Positions 54,459-63,347 of a stretch of DNA of 64,000 bases are shown here, piece by piece. The translations under genes and the position numbers were made by a program. The notes beneath the pieces are model-generated. The model was given only the letters and a program-made list of their open reading frames with translations. It searched no databases and was not told the DNA's origin. Origin of the DNA: an uncultured Anaerovibrio sp. (GTDB taxonomy: Bacteria > Bacillota > Negativicutes > Selenomonadales > Selenomonadaceae); assembly GCF_947302755.1 (NCBI RefSeq), contig NZ_CAMYWM010000001.1, positions 625-64,624 on the forward strand, given 5' to 3'. Numbering within the stretch: position 1 is the stretch's first letter; every line of letters starts with the position of its first letter.

Positions 54459-55343
54459 ATGAGTGAAAATGTTTTAGGAGGGGGAATTCGTAGTGGTATA
54501 AAAACCATTTTATCCACGTTGTCTCCCAAATTTACGACATATTTAATGTATTTATATAATTTCAGAAGGTTGCCGGATTTTGATAATCCCAAGGATATTA
54601 ATGACTGGCTGCAAAAGCTAAAGCTTGGCGAATATTATCACAATCCTGTTATTACCCAGTGTGTAGATAAATATCGGGTGCGTGATTACATAATTAATAA
54701 AGGATTGAAAAAAATTTTGCCTGATTTGTATGTAGGCGGAATAGAAAATCCTGATGAATTGCGGTCTTATTGGGAGAAATTCCCTGACGCCTTGGTAATT
54801 AAATGCAATCATGGCTGTGGTTACAATATGCTTATTAATGATAAACGCAGTGTTAATATGGATGATGCGATAAGTCAGTTAAAAGAATGGTTAGAAGAAG
54901 ACCATTGGAAGAAATATTGTGAGCCTCAGTATATGGACGTAAAGAAATGTGTTTTGGCCGAGGAGTATCTGGGAGATGAAATAAAGACTTACAAATTTTA
55001 TTGTTTTAATGGAGAGCCAAAGGTGCTGTACGTATCAGCTAATGGAGCAAATGGCGAAAAGGATTTATACCTTGATTATTTTGATATGGATTGGAACTGG
55101 ATGGATTTAACTTTAGAAGGGCATTTGCATAACCAAGATGGATACGAAAAACCAGTATGTTTTGATGAAATGATAAAAGTTTCAAGGATACTGGCAAAGG
55201 ATTTTCCATTTGTTCGAGTAGATTTGTATGATGTGGCTGGAAAAGTATATTTTTCAGAGTTGACATTCATTCCTACTGGTGGAAATATGAAACTTACCCC
55301 AAGCAAGTATTTGATAGAGTGGGGGGAGTGGATGAAAAAGTAG
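54459..55343 (+). CDS. TupA-like ATP-grasp amidoligase
   Basis: Motifs DKYRVRDYI, ALVIKCNHGCGYNMLI, EPQYMDVKKCVLAEEYL, YKFYCFNGEPKVLYV, FPFVRVDLYDVAGKVYFSELTFIPTGG. Confidence 0.65.
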   Translation: MSENVLGGGIRSGIKTILSTLSPKFTTYLMYLYNFRRLPDFDNPKDINDWLQKLKLGEYYHNPVITQCVDKYRVRDYIINKGLKKILPDLYVGGIENPDELRSYWEKFPDALVIKCNHGCGYNMLINDKRSVNMDDAISQLKEWLEEDHWKKYCEPQYMDVKKCVLAEEYLGDEIKTYKFYCFNGEPKVLYVSANGANGEKDLYLDYFDMDWNWMDLTLEGHLHNQDGYEKPVCFDEMIKVSRILAKDFPFVRVDLYDVAGKVYFSELTFIPTGGNMKLTPSKYLIEWGEWMKK

Positions 55344-55379
55344 GGATTTTGGGAAAAATGGTGGAGAATAGTAAATAAA

Positions 55380-56534
55380 ATGATTTTAAAGATGAAGAAT
55401 ATAAATAAGTTGACAAGTGAACATAAGAGTCCTCTTTTATACATTTGGATATTTATATTAGTTTATCTTATGTTATCAGAGACGGCAGTTTTGGAAGTTT
55501 TATCCAATTATAACGGATATGTGACGTTTGCTACAATTCTCGTTTGCACTTTGTTTGAAGTTATAAATAACTATAGTTATTCAAAAACAGAATTTATGTT
55601 TGCTGTTTTTGTTATAGTCCTTTTTTTTCAAGGTGTTTTTTTGGGACATATATCTATTATGGCAGAAATCTTTTTTTATTTATTTGTTTTGAGAAAGGTA
55701 AATAAAAAGCAACTTGTTAGAACTACTTTGTATACCATAATTGTTGTATTATTTTTTGTTGTGGTGTTATGTGCCTGCCAAATAATACCTGATACTATTG
55801 TGTTAATAGATGGGCGACTAAGATTTTCATTGGGCTTTTTATACCCGTCAAAATTACAAACTTACTTGATGCTTGTTATATTTTTGTGGATTAATGCTGG
55901 TTTTAGTCGTAAAAATCATATAAAAGGACTTGTGTTACTAAATCTAATAGTGATTACTTGTTTCCTATTCACAGATGCTAAGTATCCATTCTATATTAGT
56001 TTAATGGTGTCTATATTGTCAGTACTTTCTATATTGGTTCCTTGCCGGATAAAAAAAGGAGAACTAATACTATATCTTTTTGCGATGCTTGTACCACTTA
56101 TGCCGGCTGTTTTGTCATTTATTTACAATCCAAACATTAGGTTTTTAGTTAAGCTCAATGAGCTATTAACTGGGCGTTTGTCTTTATCGCTGGCTGCAAT
56201 TTCATATAGGACATTATTCTTTTTTAATTATGCGCCTAATATAAGTGTTCAGCAAGGTACTGAAGGTATATATGGTTACCTAGATAGTGGATATTTATAT
56301 GTTATGTACAATTATGGGATATATTTGTTTATAGCGGTTGTCCTACTGGTATTAATAGCTATTTACGGAGCAATGAAGAAAAAAGACGATCAGTTTATTA
56401 TAATTATTGTAGGTACAATAGTTTATTCAATGTGGTATGGACATGTGATAACTTATCTTCAGTATTCGATTCCGATATTACTATGTACATTTTATATTCC
56501 CTGGAAAAGAAGGGTTAGACGTTTTTTATGTTAA
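55380..56534 (+). CDS. Multi-TM O-antigen/repeat-unit polymerase candidate (Wzy-like)
   Basis: About 10 predicted hydrophobic segments, AT-rich, no soluble domain. Its position between glycosyltransferases in a wzx-containing locus supports the call. No motif-level support. Confidence 0.5.
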   Translation: MILKMKNINKLTSEHKSPLLYIWIFILVYLMLSETAVLEVLSNYNGYVTFATILVCTLFEVINNYSYSKTEFMFAVFVIVLFFQGVFLGHISIMAEIFFYLFVLRKVNKKQLVRTTLYTIIVVLFFVVVLCACQIIPDTIVLIDGRLRFSLGFLYPSKLQTYLMLVIFLWINAGFSRKNHIKGLVLLNLIVITCFLFTDAKYPFYISLMVSILSVLSILVPCRIKKGELILYLFAMLVPLMPAVLSFIYNPNIRFLVKLNELLTGRLSLSLAAISYRTLFFFNYAPNISVQQGTEGIYGYLDSGYLYVMYNYGIYLFIAVVLLVLIAIYGAMKKKDDQFIIIIVGTIVYSMWYGHVITYLQYSIPILLCTFYIPWKRRVRRFLC

Positions 56535-56555
56535 ATTTAAATAAAAGGAGCAAAA

Positions 56556-57635
56556 ATGGCTAAAATAATTGCATTTTATCTACCACAATTTCATCCCATT
56601 AAAGAAAATGATGAATGGTATGGAAAAGGATACACAGAATGGAGAATTGTTGCTGCTACTAAAAAGCAATATAGAGGGCATTATCAACCACATATACCAG
56701 CTGATTTAGGTTTTTATGATTTGCGCTTAAAGCAGACATTAATAGAGCAGGTTAAACTTGCTAACCAGTATGGTGTCGATGGATTCTGCTATTGGCATTA
56801 TTGGTTTGGTAATGGAAAGGAACTATTGGAGCAACCATTTAAAATGCTTTTAGCCGACAAAACTATAAAAATTGATTTTTCGCTCGCTTGGGCCAACCAT
56901 TCATGGAACAAGAAAGGATGGAGCCCGAATGAAAAGGATGAATTATTAGTCTCACAGGAGTATTTGGGAAGGCAAGATTATGAAAAGCATTTTTACGCTT
57001 ATTTAGATGCTTTTAAGGATCCAAGGTACACCAAAGTTGATGATAAACCTTTGTTTATCATTTTTTCACCATTAGCTTCTCCGCAGATAGAATGTTTTAT
57101 AAATGTGTGGAGAGAATTGGCACATAAAGAAGGCATAGGTGATTTTTATTTTGTAGGACATGATATTAATGGGATGAATAAAGCGCAGATTCTTAATATT
57201 GGTTTCGATGCTGTGTATGATGATAGGATGTTAGAAATTAATAATCGTCAAAATAATGTAATGAAATTTCTTAGAAAAATAAAAAGAGAGGTTCTTCATT
57301 GTCCCGTGGTATTTGATTATAAAGATGCAATTAAATACATGGTTACAGATGATAGTATTGCAGAGGATATAATACCTACTGTTGTGCCAAATTGGGATCA
57401 TACTCCGAGGGATGGTGGCAAAGGGATAATCTTAGATAATTGTAAGCCAGAATATTTTGAGTTATTGCTAAATAGTGCAATAAAAAATATCAAAAATAAA
57501 CCACAGTCCAAGCAGATAATTTTAGTAAAATCTTGGAATGAATGGGGAGAAGGTAATTATCTTGAGCCAGATATGAAATATGGCAAAGGATATCTGAAGG
57601 TAATACAAAAGGCAAGAAAAGAGAATGGATTATAG
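56556..57635 (+). CDS. WbsX-family glycosyltransferase/glycosidase-like protein
   Basis: N-terminal IIAFYLPQFHPIKENDEWYGKGYTEWRIV, GHYQPHIPADLGFYDLR, YGVDGFCYWHYWFGNGKELLE, SWNEWGEGNYLEPD. Confidence 0.7.
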   Translation: MAKIIAFYLPQFHPIKENDEWYGKGYTEWRIVAATKKQYRGHYQPHIPADLGFYDLRLKQTLIEQVKLANQYGVDGFCYWHYWFGNGKELLEQPFKMLLADKTIKIDFSLAWANHSWNKKGWSPNEKDELLVSQEYLGRQDYEKHFYAYLDAFKDPRYTKVDDKPLFIIFSPLASPQIECFINVWRELAHKEGIGDFYFVGHDINGMNKAQILNIGFDAVYDDRMLEINNRQNNVMKFLRKIKREVLHCPVVFDYKDAIKYMVTDDSIAEDIIPTVVPNWDHTPRDGGKGIILDNCKPEYFELLLNSAIKNIKNKPQSKQIILVKSWNEWGEGNYLEPDMKYGKGYLKVIQKARKENGL

Positions 57636-57663
57636 TTTGAGTAAGTGAGATAAGGATAGTATA

Positions 57664-58665
57664 ATGACAAAAAGGAAAATTTTTGAGAAATGTATATGGT
57701 GGTTGCCTATCTCCCATATCAGTAAATTCAAATTGAGCAGAGTTGTTAATATTATATACAACACCATAAGTGGGAATAGCAGGCGTAATGGTAATGTTCC
57801 TATCATAGGGTGTAATAGCAATTATGGTCATGAATATTGGATAAAAAAGTATTCGAAATGGAAACATCCAGTTTATGGCGTAATTGAACATGGAGTGTAT
57901 TTTGGTCGAAATACGAATATGGTAGGAGATGCTAGAGATTATTTATTAAAGAAAATTATTACTTTTGGTGATTATCGAGAGGAAACTCTTGGAATGGCAT
58001 TTCCAGAACATAGTGTTATTAAGATTGGACCAAGAATAGCATATGCCGAAACGGATAGCAAATTTTTAAAGCAGCTTGAGGAAGAGGCTAAAGGTGAAAA
58101 AGTCTTGACATTATTTCCAGCTCATTCTCTAGAGAATTTTAAGTGTGAATATGATGTTGATTATTTAATTTCTCAAGCTAGAAATGTTATGGTTAAATAT
58201 AAACTAAAGCGGTTAAGAATTTGTTTAAAAGAACAGGATATGGTAAATGGCACAGCAGAACTATTTAATAGAATGGGGTGTACGGTTGTAACTGCGGGTG
58301 AGGCATCAATAGATTTTTTGCCTCGATTGAGAGCCATTATAGAAGCATCTGATGTGACAATGTCAAATTCTTTAGGAACACATTTAGGCTATTGCATTTA
58401 TCTGCATAAACCGCATATTTTAATAAAACAAAATAGAACTCATACGGGATTAGGCAAAGATTTTGTAAAAGAATATGAAATATGCAAGTCACGCGAAAAA
58501 CAATTTCAAAAAGAAGAAAAAATGTTCTTAAATTATTTTAGTTCTGATAATGCAATGTATATAACAGAGGAACAGTATGAATTATGTGACTATTATTGGG
58601 GCTTTCGACACGTAAAAAAGCCTTCAGAAATGTATAAAGCACTTGAGAGTCTTTACCGCAGCTAA
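57664..58665 (+). CDS. Hypothetical protein (possible uncharacterised transferase)
   Basis: 333-aa ORF in the operon with no recognised motif. Confidence 0.4.
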   Translation: MTKRKIFEKCIWWLPISHISKFKLSRVVNIIYNTISGNSRRNGNVPIIGCNSNYGHEYWIKKYSKWKHPVYGVIEHGVYFGRNTNMVGDARDYLLKKIITFGDYREETLGMAFPEHSVIKIGPRIAYAETDSKFLKQLEEEAKGEKVLTLFPAHSLENFKCEYDVDYLISQARNVMVKYKLKRLRICLKEQDMVNGTAELFNRMGCTVVTAGEASIDFLPRLRAIIEASDVTMSNSLGTHLGYCIYLHKPHILIKQNRTHTGLGKDFVKEYEICKSREKQFQKEEKMFLNYFSSDNAMYITEEQYELCDYYWGFRHVKKPSEMYKALESLYRS

Positions 58666-58678
58666 TATGAGGTGCTAC

Positions 58679-60199
58679 ATGCAGTCAAGAATATACAACA
58701 CAAAACGAAATATAGTTGCTTCTTATATTCTTATGGTAGTTCAGATACTGTTTTCGTTTATATCCAGAACAGCGATTGTTTATACATTAGGTGCTGATTA
58801 TTTAGGCTTATCCAGTTTATTTACTTCAATATTACAGGTGCTGAATATCGCTGAATCGGGATTTTCTTCTTCAGTTATTTATTTTATGTATAAACCAATA
58901 GCTTCCGGTGATACTAGGCAAGTGTGTGCCCTTCTTAATTATCTTAGAAAGGTATATAGGCTTGTAGGATTTGTTATATTGTGTGTTGGAATACTAGTAA
59001 CACCTTTTATAGAATATCTTATAAAAGGCGATGTTCCTAATGATATCAATATCTATGTATTGTATTTGCTTTATTTAGTTAATACGAGTATAAGTTACTT
59101 TTTATATGCATATAAAACATCGCTTTTAACAGCAATACAACGGTTGGATCTAACGAAAGTAGCAAATACGATTACGATAGTAATACAGTATGGTCTGCAA
59201 TTAATTGCACTTTTTGTATTCCATAATTACTACATGTTTGTTGTAGTGATGATTTTGGGAACAGGATGTGTAAATGTTTTTACTGCTTATATAAGCAAGA
59301 AGAAATATCCTGAATATAGATGTGAAGGTGAGATAAATAGTGTAGCTAAAAAAGACATCCTTAAGAAGGTAAAGGGCCTACTTATATGCAATATAAGTGG
59401 AGTTACATACAATACGTTTGATAGCATTATAATTTCAGCTTATATTGGCCTTTCCTCGGTAGCAATTTACAATAATTATTTTGTTATTGTTAGTACAGTA
59501 TCATCTTTTATTGCAATAATAAGAGCATCTATGCAAGCAAGTGTTGGTAATAGCGTGGCTAGTGAGACATTAGAAAAAAACTATAATGATTTAAAATTGT
59601 GGCAATTTTTGTTTTCGCTGATTGCAACAATATTTGCTTCGTGCTTGATTTGTTTGTGCCAACCTTTTATGAAGGTTTGGATGGGAGAAGATATGCTTCT
59701 TCCGTTTTGTGATGTGGTTCTACTTGGAATGTGGTTTATTTCAGGAACAGTTCAGCATGCTTTTTATTTATATCTAAGTGCTGCTGGATTGTGGCATGAA
59801 CTGAAGTGGGTATACATATCTAGTACATTTTTTAATTTAATTTTGAATATTTTTTTAGGAAAAGTAATGGGAATGACCGGTATTATTTTGGCGAGTCTTT
59901 TGGCAGGGATAATATTTGGACTTATATGGCAATGCACTATTATTCTTAAACATTATTTTAAAATTTCATCAAGAGATTATCTTAGGCAGCAAGGAAAGTA
60001 TTTTAGTGTTGCTGCGTTTATAGTAATTACCGCATATGCAAGTTGTGGTCTTATTGTAGCGGGTGGAATCGAAGGATTAATACTTAAGACCATAATGTGT
60101 GTTGTAGTGTCTACATTGCTAATAATTTTGATTTATCATAGGAGTCCTCATTTCACTAGATCAAAACAAATATTTTTGAAAGTTATTCATAAACATTGA
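58679..60199 (+). CDS. wzx: Wzx-type flippase (MOP/polysaccharide biosynthesis protein family); start at 58667 or 58679
   Basis: N-terminus NTKRNIVASYILMVVQILFSFISRT and about 12-14 hydrophobic segments. GAGGTG precedes the ATG at 58679. Confidence 0.7.
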   Translation: MQSRIYNTKRNIVASYILMVVQILFSFISRTAIVYTLGADYLGLSSLFTSILQVLNIAESGFSSSVIYFMYKPIASGDTRQVCALLNYLRKVYRLVGFVILCVGILVTPFIEYLIKGDVPNDINIYVLYLLYLVNTSISYFLYAYKTSLLTAIQRLDLTKVANTITIVIQYGLQLIALFVFHNYYMFVVVMILGTGCVNVFTAYISKKKYPEYRCEGEINSVAKKDILKKVKGLLICNISGVTYNTFDSIIISAYIGLSSVAIYNNYFVIVSTVSSFIAIIRASMQASVGNSVASETLEKNYNDLKLWQFLFSLIATIFASCLICLCQPFMKVWMGEDMLLPFCDVVLLGMWFISGTVQHAFYLYLSAAGLWHELKWVYISSTFFNLILNIFLGKVMGMTGIILASLLAGIIFGLIWQCTIILKHYFKISSRDYLRQQGKYFSVAAFIVITAYASCGLIVAGGIEGLILKTIMCVVVSTLLIILIYHRSPHFTRSKQIFLKVIHKH

Positions 60200-60270
60200 C
60201 TGACACATTCACATAAAATATAAATAATGATATTATCATTTTCTAAAAATCTTTATGAGTAAGTTCAATA

Positions 60271-60307
60271 TCGCATGGCAGTTTTTTGTGTCATGCGATT
60301 ATTGTTC
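60271..60307 (+). terminator. Hairpin after wzx (weak T-tract)
   Basis: ATCGCATG (60271-60278) pairs with CATGCGAT (60293-60300) and is followed by TATTGTT. Confidence 0.4.
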
Positions 60308-60327
60308 ATGAGAGATATTTTTCGTAA

Positions 60328-60356
60328 TTGCTATTATCCTTGTTTAAGCGTATAAT
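60328..60356 (+). promoter_or_regulatory. Candidate promoter of the pse operon
   Basis: TTGCTA (60328-60333), 17-nt spacer, TATAAT (60351-60356). Confidence 0.5.
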
Positions 60357-60419
60357 TATTGTGGCTTTTGGCTAATAAATGGTGAAAAAATATAATGAAT
60401 AAAACTGGAGGGCAATTAA

Positions 60420-61415
60420 ATGCTTACAAATAAGACAATCTTAGTTACCGGAGGTACTGGTTCTTTTGGTAATACCTTTGTACCAATGACATTAAAAAAA
60501 TACAATCCCAAGAAGCTGATTATTTATTCTCGGGACGAGATGAAGCAGTGGAATATGGCTAAGAAGTTCCAAGGTGATGGGAGAGTACGCTTCTTTATTG
60601 GCGATGTGCGTGATAAAGACAGACTTTATCGTGCATTGGATGGAGTAGACTATGTTGTTCATGCTGCTGCCACCAAAATTGTGCCAACGGCTGAGTACAA
60701 TCCATTTGAATGTATAAAGACAAATGTAAATGGCGCCATGAACCTTATTGATGCATGTATCGATAAGGGCGTTAAGCGTGTGGTTGCACTATCAACGGAT
60801 AAGGCCAGTTCTCCAATTAATTTGTATGGTGCCACTAAGCTTTGTTCAGATAAGATTTTTATTGCCGGTAACTCATATTCAGGTGGTAAAACTAAGTTTG
60901 CAGTTGTTAGATATGGAAATGTAATGGGCTCCCGTGGATCTGTTATTCCGTTTTTTATGGAAATTGCCAAGACTGGAAAGCTTACTATCACTGACAAACG
61001 TATGACCAGGTTTATGATTTCCCTTGAACAGGGTGTAGAACTGGTGTGGCACGCATTTGAGGATATGGAGGGTGGCGAGATTTATGTTAAAAAGATCCCG
61101 TCCATGAATATTTGTGATATTGCCACTGCTGTAGATGCCAAGGCAGAACAAGTGGAAATTGGTATCCGTCCAGGTGAAAAGCTTCATGAGCAGATGATTG
61201 GTGTGGAAGATGCACATTTCACTTATGAGTATCCTGAGCATTTTAAGATTTTGCCACAGATTTGCACTTGGGGAAAGATGGAGTCCATGATAAAGGGCGG
61301 TACCCAGGTTCCAGAAGGATTCAGCTATACTTCCGACAACAACAAGGAATGGATGACCATCCCTCAGTTACAGGATTGGATTGAGGCAAATCGGGTTAAA
61401 ATTGGCAGTATTTAA
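60420..61415 (+). CDS. pseB: UDP-GlcNAc 4,6-dehydratase (inverting), PseB/FlaA1
   Basis: Motifs ILVTGGTGSFGNTFV, LIIYSRDEMKQ, AAATKIVP, STDKASSPINLYGATK. Confidence 0.9.
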   Translation: MLTNKTILVTGGTGSFGNTFVPMTLKKYNPKKLIIYSRDEMKQWNMAKKFQGDGRVRFFIGDVRDKDRLYRALDGVDYVVHAAATKIVPTAEYNPFECIKTNVNGAMNLIDACIDKGVKRVVALSTDKASSPINLYGATKLCSDKIFIAGNSYSGGKTKFAVVRYGNVMGSRGSVIPFFMEIAKTGKLTITDKRMTRFMISLEQGVELVWHAFEDMEGGEIYVKKIPSMNICDIATAVDAKAEQVEIGIRPGEKLHEQMIGVEDAHFTYEYPEHFKILPQICTWGKMESMIKGGTQVPEGFSYTSDNNKEWMTIPQLQDWIEANRVKIGSI

Positions 61416-61416
61416 T

Positions 61417-62625
61417 ATGGGGGAAATTACATTGGATGAGTTAGCAATAAATGGCGGAAATCCGGTATTCGAAAAGAAAATTGGCTATGGTCATCAGTAT
61501 ATTGATGATGAAGATATTCAGGCGGTAGTTGATGTTTTAAAAAGTGATTATCTCACTTGTGGACCAAAGATTGAAGAAGCAGAGCGCAAACTTTGTGAAA
61601 TTACTGGAGCAAAATATGCAGTCCTTATTGCTAATGGCACAGCAGCTCTTCATGCAACTATGTTTGCTGCTGGAGTGGGACAGGGGGATGAGGTTATCAC
61701 CACCCCAATAACTTTTGCGGCTTCGGCTAATTGCTCCCTATATTGTGGTGCCAAACCTGTTTTTGCCGATATAAATCCGGAGACATATAACATTGATCCA
61801 GATAGTATCGAAGCAAAAATTACCAGTAAGACCAAAGCTATTGTAGCGGTTGATTTTACGGGGCAGGCGGTGGAAGTAGATAAAATTCGTGCTATTTGTG
61901 ATAAGCATAATTTGATTTTCATTGAAGATGCAGCTCATTCTTTGGGAACTAAGTACAATGGTAAACCAGTGGGCAGCTTGGCTGATATGACGGAGTTCAG
62001 CTTCCATCCGGTTAAGACATGTACTGCCGGTGAAGGCGGTGCTATTACCACTAATGATGAGAAATTATATGAGAGGCTTGTACTGTTCCGTACTCACGGC
62101 ATTACTCGTAGTCAGAAGCTTATGGATAAGCCTAGTGAAGGTGGATGGTACTATCAGCAGGTAGATTTGGGCTATAATTACCGCATGACGGATATGCAGG
62201 CAGCCCTGCTTAGTTCTCAGCTAAAAAAATTGGAGATGTTTAGCAAGCGTCGCAAGGAGCTTGTAAAACGCTATGATGAAGCCTTTTCAACTATGCCAGA
62301 AATAGTTGTGCAAAAGGAAATTGCAGAGTCTGATACGGTTCGTCATCTTTATATCATCCAGTTAAACTTGGAGTTATTAAAATGCTCCCGTAGGGAAGTT
62401 TTTGATGCTCTGCAGGCTGAGGGCGTTGGAGTAAATGTTCATTATATTCCAGTATATTCATTCCCATATTACCAAAAACTTGGCTATCAGATGGGTGAAT
62501 GCCCAAACGCTGAGAAGCTGTATGAAAGAATTATTTCCATTCCGCTTTATTATTCATTGACTGATGAGGAGCAGAATAAGGTTATTGAAGCTGTTATGAA
62601 AGTAATAAATTACTACAAGAAATAA
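61417..62625 (+). CDS. pseC: UDP-4-amino-4,6-dideoxy-N-acetyl-beta-L-altrosamine transaminase
   Basis: IGYGHQYIDDEDI start region typical of PseC, then FSFHPVKTCTAGEGGAITT (PLP lysine) and GYNYRMTDMQAALL. The ATG at 61417 comes directly after the pseB stop. Confidence 0.85.
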   Translation: MGEITLDELAINGGNPVFEKKIGYGHQYIDDEDIQAVVDVLKSDYLTCGPKIEEAERKLCEITGAKYAVLIANGTAALHATMFAAGVGQGDEVITTPITFAASANCSLYCGAKPVFADINPETYNIDPDSIEAKITSKTKAIVAVDFTGQAVEVDKIRAICDKHNLIFIEDAAHSLGTKYNGKPVGSLADMTEFSFHPVKTCTAGEGGAITTNDEKLYERLVLFRTHGITRSQKLMDKPSEGGWYYQQVDLGYNYRMTDMQAALLSSQLKKLEMFSKRRKELVKRYDEAFSTMPEIVVQKEIAESDTVRHLYIIQLNLELLKCSRREVFDALQAEGVGVNVHYIPVYSFPYYQKLGYQMGECPNAEKLYERIISIPLYYSLTDEEQNKVIEAVMKVINYYKK

Positions 62626-62639
62626 GTGGTGAATTTAAG

Positions 62640-63332
62640 ATGAGTGCGGTAGCTATCATTACTGCCCGAGGTGGCAGTAAAAGAATACCAAAGAAAAATA
62701 TTAAAGATTTTTGTGGAAAGCCCATTATTGCCTATTCTATCGAAGCGGCACTGGAATCAAACTTATTTGAAGAAGTGATGGTTTCAACAGATAGTGAGGA
62801 AATTGCTGAAGTGGCAAAACGGTACGGTGCAAAAATTCCATTTATGCGCAGCGAAAAAAATAGTGATGATTTTGCTACTACTGCTGATGTTTTGCAGGAA
62901 GTAATCAGTGAATACGAAAAGCTGGGGCAACACTACGACTATATGTGCTGTATTTATCCTACTGCACCATTTGTCACCGGGGCTAAACTGAAACAGGCAT
63001 ATCAGGTGTTTGTTGAATCGAAGGCAGATATATTGGAACCAGTAGTAAATTTTTCCTTCCCCCCTCAGCGGGCATTTGTAATTCGAGAAGGTAAGCTGGT
63101 ATACCGTTATCCGGAATGTGCGTCAATGCGGTCACAGGATTTGGAAAATTGGTATCATGATGCAGGGCAATTTTATTTTCATAATGTAGAAATATTTATG
63201 AAGGGACTGTCTGCTGGAGAACAAATGAAAATCGTTCCATTTGAACTTCCTGAAACAGAAGTTCAGGATATCGATAATATGGTAGATTGGCAGTTGGCAG
63301 AAATGAAATACAAGATAATGTCCCAACACTAA
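62640..63332 (+). CDS. pseF: Pseudaminic acid cytidylyltransferase
   Basis: AIITARGGSKRIPKKNIKDFCGKPIIAYSI. Sits within the pseB-pseC-...-pseG context. Confidence 0.8.
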   Translation: MSAVAIITARGGSKRIPKKNIKDFCGKPIIAYSIEAALESNLFEEVMVSTDSEEIAEVAKRYGAKIPFMRSEKNSDDFATTADVLQEVISEYEKLGQHYDYMCCIYPTAPFVTGAKLKQAYQVFVESKADILEPVVNFSFPPQRAFVIREGKLVYRYPECASMRSQDLENWYHDAGQFYFHNVEIFMKGLSAGEQMKIVPFELPETEVQDIDNMVDWQLAEMKYKIMSQH

Positions 63333-63347
63333 GATTTGTTTTCAAAA

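Noticed and set aside
60227-60241. Perfect 7-1-7 palindrome AATGATA-T-TATCATT downstream of wzx, as an operator.
   Set aside because: It lies about 100 nt upstream of the candidate pse promoter in very AT-rich DNA, where such palindromes arise by chance. No regulator gene is nearby.
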